Source: Candidatus Marinacidobacterales bacterium (GTDB lineage: Bacteria; Acidobacteriota; Vicinamibacteria; Marinacidobacterales; DATDRI01). Taken from it: a stretch of DNA of 64,000 nucleotides. Each line of letters opens with the position of its first letter. The first letter of the stretch is position 1. The stretch spans positions 96,001 to 160,000 of the forward strand of contig CBDCNP010000002.1 in the NCBI GenBank assembly GCA_965219415.1, written 5' to 3'. Shown here one piece after another: positions 18,728-29,546 of this stretch. The position numbers and the translations under genes are program-made. The notes beneath the pieces were generated by a model that was not told the DNA's origin, did not search any database, and worked only from the letters and a program-made list of their open reading frames with translations.

Positions 18728-20107
18728 ATGTTCGTGAGACGAGACAAGTGGCTGGAGAGCGAAAGCACGGGACTGCTCACCGATCTCTACCAAATCACGA
18801 TGGCTGCAGCCTATTTCGAGCACGGCATGAGCGCGCCCGCAACCTTCAGTCTCTTCATGCGCAATCTGCCGCAAAATCGGTCTTTTTTCTTGGCCGCCGG
18901 TCTCGAGGAGGCGCTCGATTATCTCGAAAATCTTCGATTCGGCCCCGAGGCCATCGACTATCTTCGGACAACCGGCAACTTTAAGGAAGCGTTTCTAGAA
19001 CACCTCGCGGACTTCCGATTCGATGGAGACGTCGTCGCCATCCGGGAAGGAACGGTGCTCTTCCCCAACGAACCGCTCCTCGAAGTCACGGCTCCGATCC
19101 TTCAAGCTCAACTTGCCGAAACGTACCTCATGAACGCACTGCAGCTCGGTACATTGATTGCGAGCAAGGCGGCCCGCATCCGAATCGCTGGCCAAGACGG
19201 GAGCGTCGTCGATTTCGCTTCCCGGCGCGCGCATGGGCGAGACGCCGCCCTCAAAGTGGCGCGTTCGTCCTACGTCGGAGGCTTCCACGCCACCAGCAAC
19301 GTACTCGCCGGCATGAAGTACGGAATACCCATCGAGGGCACCGTCGCCCACAGTTTCATCCAATCGTTCGAGCAGGAACTGGACGCTTTCGGTACCTTCG
19401 CACGCGTATTCCCCTCCAACACCGTTCTTTTGATCGATACCTACGACACGCTACAAGGCGCGCGCCACGCTGTAACGGTCGGGCGCGAGATGGCCGAACG
19501 AGGCGCGCAACTTCGCGGTGTCCGCCTCGATAGTGGCGACATGATTCGACTCGCCAAGGCAGTGAGACGGATCCTCGACGAGGGAGGCCTCCCGGAAACC
19601 AAGATCTTCGCCAGCGGCGGACTCGACGAATACCGTATCGAGGAGGCTCTCGGCGCCGGTGCTCCCATCGACGGCTTCGGCGTGGGAAGTCATCTGGGCG
19701 TGTCATACGACGCGCCTGCGCTGGACATCGTATACAAGCTTGTCGAGTATGCCGATCGTCCCGTGGTCAAGCTTTCTCAAGACAAGCAAACCCTTGGGGG
19801 CCGAAAGCAGTTTTTCCGACGGTATGCAGAATCGGGCGAGATGCTGGAGGACATCATCGCGCTTCGAGATGAAGAGCTCGAAGACGCGGAGCCTTTCCTC
19901 TTCCCGGTCATGGCGAGAGGAAAGCGGCTCAGGGACCCGACGCCATTGGACGAGATCCGTAAATACGCGGCCGAAAACCTCGCCAGACTTCCCTCACGCC
20001 TCAAGACCCTGCGCAAGACAGCATCGTATCCGGTCCAGCAGAGCGAGGCGATTCGAGCGCTGCAGAGCAAGCTCGTGGAAGAACATGGCGGAATGGTCAG
20101 CCGCTAA
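18728..20107 (+). CDS. pncB: Nicotinate phosphoribosyltransferase
   Basis: LLTDLYQITM, DFASRRAH, GTVAHS, LIDTYDT, GVRLDSGD, ASGGLDE, VYKLVEY. Confidence 0.95.
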   Translation: MFVRRDKWLESESTGLLTDLYQITMAAAYFEHGMSAPATFSLFMRNLPQNRSFFLAAGLEEALDYLENLRFGPEAIDYLRTTGNFKEAFLEHLADFRFDGDVVAIREGTVLFPNEPLLEVTAPILQAQLAETYLMNALQLGTLIASKAARIRIAGQDGSVVDFASRRAHGRDAALKVARSSYVGGFHATSNVLAGMKYGIPIEGTVAHSFIQSFEQELDAFGTFARVFPSNTVLLIDTYDTLQGARHAVTVGREMAERGAQLRGVRLDSGDMIRLAKAVRRILDEGGLPETKIFASGGLDEYRIEEALGAGAPIDGFGVGSHLGVSYDAPALDIVYKLVEYADRPVVKLSQDKQTLGGRKQFFRRYAESGEMLEDIIALRDEELEDAEPFLFPVMARGKRLRDPTPLDEIRKYAAENLARLPSRLKTLRKTASYPVQQSEAIRALQSKLVEEHGGMVSR

Positions 20108-20152
20108 GACAACGAGAACGATAGCCAGGGAGCCGTCAATTGGGAGGTCGAG

Positions 20153-20578
20153 ATGTTCAAACGAGCCCTTGGGCTTGCCGCCTGGCCGGCTTTGATTTCG
20201 CTGCTGATCACGTTGGCGCGTTTTTTTGGTGAACGCGCGAGCTTACCGAACGCCGTCACCTTCGTGCTCGGCATCATCTGGCTGACGTTTGTCGTCGCGA
20301 TCTATTGGGGCGTCAAGCTGGCCGACGACGAGCGGCCCTATCGACTCCTACTACTGAGCCTCGTGGTTTTCTCAGTGCTTTCCAGGATCCCAGTCTTCGC
20401 GCTCTGGTGGGTGACCAACACCTGGGGTCTGGGCACGCACTACGATTTTACAGATACCTTAGGGCAAGCGCTGGTTGGCCAATTCATCTTCGGTTCCCTA
20501 CAGCAGATTGTTCCTGGAGCCATTCTCGGGTGGGCAATGCTTGCGTTGAAAAGACGACAAGCGACCGAGCCGACCTAA
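20153..20578 (+). CDS. Hypothetical membrane protein
   Basis: About four hydrophobic segments; GGAGG RBS. Confidence 0.7.
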   Translation: MFKRALGLAAWPALISLLITLARFFGERASLPNAVTFVLGIIWLTFVVAIYWGVKLADDERPYRLLLLSLVVFSVLSRIPVFALWWVTNTWGLGTHYDFTDTLGQALVGQFIFGSLQQIVPGAILGWAMLALKRRQATEPT

Positions 20579-20598
20579 GATGGTTTCTTCTTCCGTTA

Positions 20599-20633
20599 CT
20601 CCCTCTCCCTCTGGGAGAGGGCCGGGGTGAGGG
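20599..20633. repeat. REP-like intergenic palindrome (CCCTCTCCCTCTGGGAGAGGGCCGGGGTGAGGG)
   Basis: Hairpin between convergent genes; a related hairpin ACTCTCCCT...AGGGAGAGT lies at 8721-8745. Confidence 0.55.
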
Positions 20634-20659
20634 AAAAGGGGAGGGGGAAGGAAGCCAAT

Positions 20660-21334
20660 CTACCCATCAGTGTCGAGTGCACAAACCGCTTCCACGAAAG
20701 CCTCCTCAGGTTGGGCCCCGAGAAGCTCGACTTCATCGTTGATCACGATCTTGGGGACTCCGGTCACACCGTAGCGCTGGGCCATGTCGGGGAACTCGCT
20801 GATCTCCACGACATCGGCGACGATCCGGTCGCTCTCGATTGCCATCTGATGGGCCACACGGGCCACGCCGGGACAGTACGGTCACGTCGGTGTGACAAAG
20901 ACCTGAACATGCACGTCCTTTGACAGCGATTCCAGCGACTCTCTACTCTCGTCGCTCAGCGATGTGCTGCCCTTCGAGACATCGACGATGTCGGCTACGA
21001 ACGCAGGGAACTCGGACCCTCCAGGAATCCCGAAATAACGGACCTTGCCCCGCGCTTCCCCTTCGAGCACGATGGCCGGAATACGCTCGATTCCCGCCGA
21101 GCTGGCCGCCTCTTGGTCGGCATACACATCGTGAATCGTCAGCTCCAGCTTCTCGGAGAGTGAGGTGACTTCCTCCACCAGCTCACCGGTTTCCGTGCAG
21201 GTGGGACACTCGCGTCCCGGAATCACGATCAGGCCGCCTCCTTGAGTGAAGAAGTTGACCTTCACGTCGCCCACGAGATCCCGCTCGAAGATCTCACCTA
21301 GCTCCTTCCGATTAGCGTCCGACAGCAATGCCAT
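20660..21334 (-). CDS. Selenoprotein: two-domain thioredoxin-fold protein disulfide oxidoreductase (PDO / AhpF N-terminal-like), Sec151
   Basis: ORFs 20882-21334 and 20660-20866 are in frame across a TGA at 20882-20884, reading VFVTPT-U-PYCP. N-terminal CPTC; C-terminal YGVTGVPKIVIN. Confidence 0.88.
20848..20881 (-). promoter_or_regulatory. Candidate bacterial SECIS hairpin
   Basis: GGCC-CGUGU-GGCC stem-loop starting 18 nt after the UGA with G at loop position 2; folded by eye only. Confidence 0.45.
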
Positions 21335-21337
21335 CCG

Positions 21338-21946
21338 TCACCCCATCTCTTTTTCCACCGAGTCCAACGCTACCGTTCCGACACCGGCCGCCTTCATCTT
21401 ACGTAGCTCCCGATCGGAATCTCCAGCCTCCAAGTCGACCCCCCGAACCGCGTCTTCGAGAAGCGTCACCTTGAATCCTTGGGCGATGGCGTCATGCACT
21501 GAGCACTGCACACAGTAGTCAGTGGCGAGTCCGCCAACAAAAAGATGCTCGATACCTTGCCGCTTGAGCGAGTCGATGAAAGAGACGCCGCTGTCCTCCT
21601 CGGCCTGGAATGCGGAGTAGGCGTCTTCCTCGGCACCCTTTCCTTTCGAGACCACGATGGTGCCCTCGGGGAGCCTCAACTCCGGATGAAACTCTGCGCC
21701 TCTTGTTCCCGCGACACAGTGAGGTGGCCAGACACCACCGAACTCCTTGAAGTGGCTGGTCCGCTCGGGGTGCCAGTCGCGGGTGGCGTAGACGGGCAGG
21801 CGCGCCCGCGAGAACCGTTCCGCGTATTGGTTGAGGATAGGGACAACCTCATCCCCCCCGGGTACTGCTAGAGAGCCGCTGGCGCAGAAATCGTTTTGGA
21901 CGTCGACGATAACGAGTGCGGCGCGATCTTTCGTGTTTTCGCTCAT
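21338..21946 (-). CDS. pncA: Nicotinamidase/pyrazinamidase
   Basis: VDVQNDFC, TRDWHP, WPPHCV, AYSAF, GLATDYCV. Confidence 0.93.
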   Translation of the reverse strand: MSENTKDRAALVIVDVQNDFCASGSLAVPGGDEVVPILNQYAERFSRARLPVYATRDWHPERTSHFKEFGGVWPPHCVAGTRGAEFHPELRLPEGTIVVSKGKGAEEDAYSAFQAEEDSGVSFIDSLKRQGIEHLFVGGLATDYCVQCSVHDAIAQGFKVTLLEDAVRGVDLEAGDSDRELRKMKAAGVGTVALDSVEKEMG

Positions 21947-22082
21947 GGCGGACTCCGTTGACACGTTTCTCCGGACATCATAGAAGTGGGCGAGGAGTGG
22001 GCGCAAGCCTTGCCCCGACTTACGCTCCGTGGAGGCGGTGCTGGCTGTCGTGGGTGGAAAAATCGTTTCCCGACGGTAGGAG

Positions 22083-22937
22083 CTAGTTTTCCTGGGTAGC
22101 CCCCTGCCCCGGGTATTTGATCTGTGTGTTGACGATCCCCAACTCGACTCGACGGTTCTTGGCACGCGCCTCGTCACTGTTTCCGGGTACCAATGGCTGG
22201 GATTTCCCGAACCCTTCCGTACTGATGATGCGAGGCTGGATACCGACCTCGGCTAGGTAGTCGCGAACCGCCTTCGCCCGCCGGTTGGAGAGATCCAGGT
22301 TGTAGTCCTCGGTGCCGATGTCATCGGTGTGCCCATACACATAGATCTGATAATCGCTGGAGGTAAGTAAAATACCGACGATGCGGCTCAAAAGCTCTTT
22401 GTTCTCCGGTCGCAGGTCGGACTTGTCGAAATCGAACTTCAGGTAGTCGCTTCCCAAGTTCATCACTAATCCGAGGGCCGTCCGGCGAGTCTCGGCGATC
22501 TGATTCAAAGCGTGCTGAAGCCGGTCGAGCTCCTCTTCGCGCTCTTGTTTAATCTTCTCCGCTTCCGCAATCGCGACCTTGGCATCTTGGCGTGCGCGCT
22601 GCGCAGTCTCTCTTTCTCGCTCGGCCTCGTTACGCGCCATCGTCGCGTCGGTCTCTGCCTCGGCGCGACCACGTGCCGCCTGAAGCGCAGCCTCTTCGGC
22701 TTGCACGGCCCTTTCGAGAGCACCTTTCGAACGCTCGCCGATTTGTTGGAGGTGCTCTTCGACACCCAGCATTTGGCTCTCGAGCTCGGTGAGGCGGTTG
22801 AGTATGAGCATACCGAGCCCGAGGAGAACGGCCAGGCCGAGCGCGGCCAGGATCCCCAGGGAGAGTAAGGGAAGCTTGGTGTTCGTACCGGCCCCCTCCT
22901 CTGAGGGGCTTTCCGGCGTTTCGTTCAATGAACTCAT
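22083..22937 (-). CDS. OmpA/MotB-family protein with TM anchor and coiled coil
   Basis: FDFDKSDL, GHTDDIG, NLDLSNRRAKAV, GFGKSQP, NRRVE. Confidence 0.9.
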   Translation of the reverse strand: MSSLNETPESPSEEGAGTNTKLPLLSLGILAALGLAVLLGLGMLILNRLTELESQMLGVEEHLQQIGERSKGALERAVQAEEAALQAARGRAEAETDATMARNEAERERETAQRARQDAKVAIAEAEKIKQEREEELDRLQHALNQIAETRRTALGLVMNLGSDYLKFDFDKSDLRPENKELLSRIVGILLTSSDYQIYVYGHTDDIGTEDYNLDLSNRRAKAVRDYLAEVGIQPRIISTEGFGKSQPLVPGNSDEARAKNRRVELGIVNTQIKYPGQGATQEN

Positions 22938-23092
22938 GTTTGCTCTCTCAATAGCGCGCCTCACGGACGCGCGGGTGGTTGACGACGGATGTTGTGAAGG
23001 ATCAATACGTATTATCCGTATATTCGGCGGGAAATTCAATTTTTCCGGCGGGAGCCGTAATCACAACTTTCACCTGGGTTTCTTATCCTGCT

Positions 23093-23120
23093 AAAAAATA
23101 GGGCCGGCAAAGCCGGCCCT
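23093..23120 (-). terminator. Rho-independent terminator of the DUF2911 gene
   Basis: AGGGCCGGC / GCCGGCCCT stem with a T6 tract on the minus strand. Confidence 0.8.
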
Positions 23121-23145
23121 GGGTAGTGCAAAGTTGATGACTGTC

Positions 23146-23655
23146 TTACTTCGCCTTGAAGTTCGTCTTCAGTACGTTCGTGCCCCACACGAAATGGATC
23201 TCGCCGCCGTCACCGGCGCTCGCGATCTCAATGGTGAACTCTTCCGTGCTCTCTCCCGCAGTCTCCCAGGCAAGCGGAGCGGTGCCGAGATCCATGTCGG
23301 CATCGCGCTGTGTTCCCCACTGCCCGGATTGCTCGTTGATGATGAGCTCCCATTTCTTACCATCGCCGCGCTTCGCGAAGAGGCTGTAGGAGCCCTTGGG
23401 AACGACTAGCGAATCGAAAACAAGGTCTCCGCTGGTCTCGAGCACGGTTGCTTTGTCGGCTCCGAGCCGCCAAACGGTGCCCGCCGGCGCCTTCGCAAGC
23501 ATGTCTCGGCCGCCCAAGCTGGGACGTCCGTAGTCGATGACGACCTTCGCGCCGCCGATCGTTGCTTCTGCCTTGCCGCGCGGTACTTGTGCAAAAGTCA
23601 CCGCAGAAACGAACGCCAGAATAATTGTTATAGCAAATCCGATACGGGTTCTCAT
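23146..23655 (-). CDS. DUF2911-family secreted protein
   Basis: Signal peptide; IDYGRPS..GR, VWRLGA, GSYSLF, GQWGT. Confidence 0.85.
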   Translation of the reverse strand: MRTRIGFAITIILAFVSAVTFAQVPRGKAEATIGGAKVVIDYGRPSLGGRDMLAKAPAGTVWRLGADKATVLETSGDLVFDSLVVPKGSYSLFAKRGDGKKWELIINEQSGQWGTQRDADMDLGTAPLAWETAGESTEEFTIEIASAGDGGEIHFVWGTNVLKTNFKAK

Positions 23656-23876
23656 TCTTCCTCCTTCTCCTCTTCCTCCCAATATGAAAAAATCGAGTTG
23701 AAATATAGCCAAAACGTGTCACTCCTGCAAATATGAGCTAGAATCCCCGCGTTCGAGGGGCGTCTGACTAAGTTGAGTTTGCCACCCACACATTTTAACG
23801 CCCAACAGGTTTCTAACGTGCGCGCCTGGCCATCTGGATAGGCAGCAAGCGTGTGTTTGAGCGCCCGGGGCCTGGC

Positions 23877-24458
23877 ATGATCCGAGAGGTATCGTTGATC
23901 TTGTCGCCCACAAATCCGAAGTGGCTCAAAGTAGCTCTGGCGGATTTCGACCGCGTCCTCGTAGATCACGCCCATTGCGAGAAGAAGGCCGCGGCTTCCG
24001 CGATGTCTCTCGTGGTGGCCTACCCCGACCGAGAACGTCTGGTCCGACGATTGAGCGCGCTCGCCATCGAAGAGCTCCGGCATTTTCGTGCCGTGCACTT
24101 GCGTTTGAGACGTCGCGGTCTGACGCTCGGCCGTGATTTCGGAGACCCCTACGCCCAAGCGCTCATGCGGTTGGTACGCCCGGGGCGTGGCCGTCTCACC
24201 GATCGACTTCTCGTTGGTGCTCTCATCGAGGCTCGTTCCCAGGATCGCATTGAGCTCTTGGCCGACGCCCTCAACGATTCGGAGCTAGCGGCGTTCTACA
24301 GGTCGCTCGCAGAGGCCGAGGCCAGACACACCGATCTCTTCGGCGAGCTTGCCCGCCACTACGATGACCAAGGGGATGCCGAAGCCCGGCTCGCAACCTT
24401 GGTCGAAGCGGAGGCGGAGATTGTGAAGCGATTACCGATCGAGCCGCGCATGCACTAG
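23877..24458 (+). CDS. miaE: tRNA-(ms2io6A) hydroxylase, di-iron ferritin-like
   Basis: DHAHCEKKAA, EELRHF, ALIEARS, EARH, RMH C-terminus. Confidence 0.9.
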   Translation: MIREVSLILSPTNPKWLKVALADFDRVLVDHAHCEKKAAASAMSLVVAYPDRERLVRRLSALAIEELRHFRAVHLRLRRRGLTLGRDFGDPYAQALMRLVRPGRGRLTDRLLVGALIEARSQDRIELLADALNDSELAAFYRSLAEAEARHTDLFGELARHYDDQGDAEARLATLVEAEAEIVKRLPIEPRMH

Positions 24459-24479
24459 CAGCGTGCTGAGGAATTCACT

Positions 24480-24936
24480 GCACCGCGCCGTCAGACTCCG
24501 AGTCGAGGAAGGCCCATAGGCGGTGGATCCCACTCGCCGTCTCCGCCGTTCTAGTTTGGGAGTCGCCTGGACCGTCATGAAGTACGCCTACTCGCTCCCC
24601 AACGCCGATGAGGCCAACATGGCGCTCTTCAACACCATGGGAAGCTTTCTCACCCTGGGTATCTATGGACTTTTTTTCGGGCGGAAGGGGGTCCACTCCC
24701 TGCATGAATGGTCCATATCCTTCCTACCCATGGGACTGATGGCGGCTGGCGACCTCTCGGTAATCATCGCGGCCAAGACCGGGCCCGTCTCCATCGTCGC
24801 ACCTTTGAGCGGCGCCTATCCGATGGTGACCCTGGCGTTCGCATGGATGGTTCTCAAGGAGCGCATTACCAAGTTGCAATGGCTGTGCATCGCTTTCTTG
24901 CACGTCGGAATGTTCCTGAGCCCAGGAGCCGGCTAA
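24480..24936 (+). pseudogene. EamA/DMT transporter, C-terminal half only
   Basis: GPVSIVAPLSGAYPMVTLAFAWMVLKERI motif; frameshift near 24560; no N-terminal repeat or start. Confidence 0.65.
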
Positions 24937-25033
24937 ACATTATTCAGGGCGCGTCTTGACCCTTTCACTACTGACAAGTTAGACTGCTTCAACAGCTGCT
25001 GTTCCACGTCTCGCATCAACAAGGAGAGTCTCA

Positions 25034-25474
25034 TTGTCTGCGCTTTGGTGGTTTCTGATCGGCCTCGGCGTCATGCTCGTGGAGCTGGCCCTTCCAGGTT
25101 TCGTGATCATCTTCTTCGGAATCGGGGCTTGGATCACCGCCCTCTTCGTTTGGCTGGGTGTTCTCGAGAACCTCAACGCACAGCTTCTCGGATTTGTCGG
25201 AGCCTCCATCGTTTCCCTTCTCGCCCTTCGTGGCTGGCTGCAGAAAACTATGCAAGGTCGAGTGTCGGACACGGAGCTCTCGGACACTCGTCTCGACGAC
25301 TTCATCGGGAACAAGGCCAAAGTCACCGTGGCAATCACGCCCGATAGCACCGAGGGGCGAGTCGACTTCCGCGGCACGCAGTGGGCGGCGTCCGCCAAGG
25401 TCGCGATCCCTGCCGAGGCGATGGTCCGGATCGTCTCCAAGGACAATCTGACGCTTCGAGTCGAGCCCATTTAG
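25034..25474 (+). CDS. NfeD-family (YbbJ-like) membrane protein
   Basis: WFLIGLGVMLVELALPGF, GRVDFRGTQWAA, LRVEP; adjacent to an SPFH gene. Confidence 0.88.
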   Translation: MSALWWFLIGLGVMLVELALPGFVIIFFGIGAWITALFVWLGVLENLNAQLLGFVGASIVSLLALRGWLQKTMQGRVSDTELSDTRLDDFIGNKAKVTVAITPDSTEGRVDFRGTQWAASAKVAIPAEAMVRIVSKDNLTLRVEPI

Positions 25475-25488
25475 TTAGGAGAAAAGCC

Positions 25489-26433
25489 ATGGAGACCTTT
25501 GTCCTTTTTGCCCTGATTGTCATCGTCTTGATCATCATCTTGCGAACGGCCCGAGTCGTACCCCAACGGTCGGCATACATCGTGGAACGCCTAGGACGGT
25601 ACTCGAAGACTCTGAAGGCCGGTTTCCACCTGTTGATTCCATTCGTAGACAAGATCGCCTACAAACACACCTTGAAAGAGACCGCACTCGACGTTCCTCC
25701 ACAGGTATGCATCACCCGAGACAATATCCAAGTCGAAGTGGACGGCGTCCTCTATATGCAGGTGATGGATCCCGTCAAGGCCTCCTACGGCATCACCAAC
25801 TACATTTGGGCATCGACGCAGCTGGCGCAAACGACCATGCGCTCCGAAATCGGAAAAATGGAACTCGATAGAACCTTCGAGGAGCGGACGCTCATCAACA
25901 AGGCCATCGTCGATGCGGTGGACCGCGCTTCGAACCCCTGGGGAATCAAGATCACGCGTTACGAGATCAAGAACATCGTCCCACCTCAATCGATCAAAGA
26001 CGCGATGGAGAAGCAGATGCGCGCCGAGCGGGAAAAACGCGCTCTAATCGCCGAGTCGGAGGGCGACCGTCAGGCCAAGATCAACCGAGCCGAGGGCGAG
26101 AAACAAGAAGCCATTGCCCTTTCCGAAGGTGAAATGCAGAAGCGGATCAATGAAGCGGAGGGACAGGCGCAGGAAATCCTGCGTGTCGCGAACGCCACCG
26201 CGGAGGGAATCCGACAGATCGCCGCGTCCATTCGTGAACCGGGAGGGGCGGATGCCGTCAGCCTGCGCATCGCGCAGCAATACTTGGAAGAGTTCGGAAA
26301 ACTCGCCAGCACCAACAACACCTTGATCATCCCGTCGGATCTGTCCGACGTGGGAAGCTTAGTGGGATCGCTAGGCAAGGTGTTCGATCGGATAAAGAAC
26401 GTTCGGGGCTCTACACCGCCAACACCAAGGTAG
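25489..26433 (+). CDS. SPFH/stomatin-like protein (QmcA/YbbK type)
   Basis: IVERLGRY, CITRDN, LAQTTMRSEIG, MEKQMRAEREKRA. Confidence 0.92.
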   Translation: METFVLFALIVIVLIIILRTARVVPQRSAYIVERLGRYSKTLKAGFHLLIPFVDKIAYKHTLKETALDVPPQVCITRDNIQVEVDGVLYMQVMDPVKASYGITNYIWASTQLAQTTMRSEIGKMELDRTFEERTLINKAIVDAVDRASNPWGIKITRYEIKNIVPPQSIKDAMEKQMRAEREKRALIAESEGDRQAKINRAEGEKQEAIALSEGEMQKRINEAEGQAQEILRVANATAEGIRQIAASIREPGGADAVSLRIAQQYLEEFGKLASTNNTLIIPSDLSDVGSLVGSLGKVFDRIKNVRGSTPPTPR

Positions 26434-27343
26434 TCAATTCTTCGGACTGTAGGTCCCGTCGAACCAGACGTACCAAGTCTCCCCGTCGTCCTTCGACTGC
26501 TCGATGAACTGGCGGACCTTGCCGCCGTCGAGGGGCGTGAACTTCATCCGATACGGCTCGACGCGGCCGTCGCGGTAGGTGTGATGTCCCCGGAAATCCA
26601 AGGAGCCGTCGATGAGCTCGCCCTCGACCTCCATGAGTCCCCCGCCAGAATCCATCCATACCTGGATCCATTTCCGTTTGCCGGGATCGAAGTAGTTGAT
26701 GCTCTTGCCGGAACCGCCCCCGGCACTGGTCCAGTTTTCGAACAGCATGCACCCTTGGACCAGCTTGTCGATGCGGTTTTCCCCCGCGGTCTGGCCGCCG
26801 GCCGTGACCTCCCACTCACTCACCCACCCAGAAGTCGAACTGCCCATACTCAGGGAGGAGCTCACAGGGACGAGCGTTGACATCCGCCTGCTGCACTAGC
26901 TCTTCGAAGCGCGGGTCGTCTCGTAGGCTGGCGAGATCGGTGTCCGACTTCAGCTTGTCGACTTGGCTGAACTCGTTCTTGACCGCCGTCGCCAAGCATT
27001 CGAACGCTTTTTCACGGTCGCCCAACGCCGCGTAGCTCGCTGCCATGTTGTATCCGACGATCGCTGTTGGCACTCCGTTTTTCCCGGCCTTCTGATACAC
27101 CTCTAAGGCTTCCCGGTATTTCCCAAGGCGATGAAGGGCAACGCCCAGCCGAAATTGGGCCCGGGCATTTTTCGGCTCGCGTTTCGCGATACTCCCATTG
27201 GCTTCCGCCGCGCCCTGCCAATTCTCCGCTTGGTAGAGCACATCGGCCTCTTCCATCGAGGGGCCCTGTGCACGGAGCGGGTCTGCCCCAAGCAAGAACA
27301 CTACGAGTAAGACCAGCGGGAATACTCCGAACAAAGCTCTCAT
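26434..27343 (-). pseudogene. Secreted TPR protein with C-terminal DUF1579-like domain; frameshifted by a GAGT duplication near 26817
   Basis: TPRs, then QFDFWVGE | WEV...GCMLFENW...GKSINYFDP...WIQVWMD...SKDDGETW in two frames. Confidence 0.8.
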
Positions 27344-27536
27344 CTCACGCCTCCACTTCGGGCTCCAGAATAGGCATCGGGCGCCGTGGCTGTCCATACC
27401 GGGGATCTGGTTTTTAGGCGGTCGTCTAAGGGTCTGCCCTCAAAGGGACAACCGACCCAGATGAGCGGCGGAATCACATCAGCAAACACTTGTTTCCGTG
27501 GCCCGGCTGGAGTAAAAACTGGGAAGCCGCGCCGAT

Positions 27537-29445
27537 ATGCCAAACCGTGAATCTGCGACCCTTCGTTTTGGGCCGTTCGAGATGGATCTTCGAAGTGAAG
27601 AGCTCCGCAAGAACGGAGCTCTCCTTAAACTCCCTCCCCAGCCGTTCAAGGTCCTCGCCGTGCTGGCTCAGAACCAGGGGCAGCTCGTCACTCGGGAGGA
27701 GCTGCAGCGACGGCTCTGGGGGAACGAAACGCATGTGGGACTACGATGTCGGCCTGAACTCCTGCATCAAGCAGATCCGCTCCGCCCTCAACGACACCTC
27801 GAACGCTTCCCGATACATCGAGACCCTCCCAAAACGAGGCTATCGGTTCATCGCACCCGTGGAGTCGAAGTTCTCGGAAGCCGTGGTCGGAGGAACGAGC
27901 TCCGGCGGCCTCCGGCGCGTCTCGCCTGCTGCGGGGGCGCGGTCCATGACCTGCCTCGTGTGCTCCTGTCCATAGTGCTCATCGGCATCGTGGTTCCGCT
28001 AGTCGGGCTCGGCTATCTCGCTCTGGAAAGCTCGCGGTCCCTATCGACGTGGACCGGGACGAACGAAAGCCGAATCATGCTAGCCGTCTTGCCCCTCGAC
28101 AACCTGAGCGGCGACCCGGACAAAGATTACCTCGCGGAGGGTGTCACCCAGAAGATGATCACGCACCTTAGCAGCATTCGACCATCCCAGTTGGGCGTGA
28201 TCGCAAGAACTTCGACGATCCAATACCGCGACACCGCAAAAACCGTGGAGGTCATTGGCGCCGAGCTCCATGTTGGATTCGTCTTGGAAGGTAGCGTGCG
28301 CGTCGACGACAACCGTATTCGCATCAACGGGCAACTCGTTCGGGTAAGCTGACCAAACAACCGTTTGGAGTGGAAGCTACGAACGCCAGCTCGAAGACAG
28401 CATCGCGCTCCAACGGGATGTCGCGCAGCGGATCACTCGGGCTCTCTCCGTCGAGCTCTTTAGCCCTGCTCGCGTAGCACAAGGCGCAACCGCGCTCACC
28501 ACGAGCGAGGCCTACGACACCCTACCTTAAAGGGTCGCTATCTCCTGAATCGCGGCGGCAAGGAAAACCTCGAGAAAAGCGTGCAGTACTTTCAAGCCGC
28601 CATCAAGGCCGACCCCTTTTTCGCCTCTGCGCAGCTTGGAGTAGCCCAAGGCTACCTCCTTCTGGCACAGAGTCCCACCGAGCCCGCCGCGAACCTCTAC
28701 GAGATGGCGAGGGACGCGGCGCGGAAGTCCATCCACCTCCAGCCGACTTTGGCCGAGGCCCATTTCGTGGATGCGCTGACGACTTGGTATTTGGATTGGG
28801 ACTGGGAGCGCGCAGGAGCCGCGTTCGAGCGAGCCTTGCCAGTTCCACCCGGGCCTGGCCAAGGCTCACCACTGGTACGCGTATTATTTGTCGAGTCTCG
28901 GACAACATGGACGCGCCATCGCCGAAGTCCGGATCGCCCGACAATTAGATCCACTTTCGCCTCTTGTGAACTCGGACGTGGGTTGGTTCTATTACTTCGC
29001 CGGAAACTACGACCAAGCCATCGAGGAATGCATTCGAACTTTAGAGCTCGAACCTGGATTCCTTCTCGCGCACACCTGCCTCGTGGAAGCCTATGATCGC
29101 AACGGAATGCACGAGGAAGCGTATGCGGAAGCACAAGAGGCCCTTGCCGCCGCCGGGGCCACCGATGACGAGCTCGCGACGATTCGTAGCCTGGAACTGA
29201 TCGAAGGACGAGGGAGAACGCTCCGGTGGTGGTTGATTCATGGCGACGACCTCGGACCTTACAAGCTCGCCTTGATCCACTTGAGACTGGGCGAGCAAGA
29301 GCAGGCCCTCGACTTCCTGGAGAAGAGCTTCACCGACCGGGACCTTTGGCTGCCTGTTCTCAGGGAGGATCCGAGGTTCGATTCCCTCCGATCGGAACCA
29401 CGTTTCGAAGCCCTTTATCGCCGATTGAACTTCCCCGGCATCTAG
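27537..29445 (+). pseudogene. Winged-helix (CadC/OmpR-type) + TolB-like + TPR regulator; multiple frameshifts
   Basis: RFGPFEMD...VTREEL, IETLPKRGYRFIAPV, LAVLPLDNLSGD, VLEGSVR, LDPLSP, DPRFDSLRSEPRF spread over several frames. Confidence 0.85.
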
Positions 29446-29546
29446 CGTGCCTCAATGCGCCCTGCCAATGTGAATTGACCGAACGGAATACCACCTGTAT
29501 CCTGTTTTCTAACATCCTCTTGAAAACTTAAGGACCGTCGGCAACT

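Noticed and set aside
26816-26818. TGA after FDFWVGE as selenocysteine
   Set aside because: The protein continues in another frame. The TGA comes from a GAGT duplication and the expected residue is Trp.
28350-28352. TGA in the wHTH-TolB-TPR gene as recoding
   Set aside because: A one-base insertion explains it (VRVS-DQT continues in another frame); not a Cys position.
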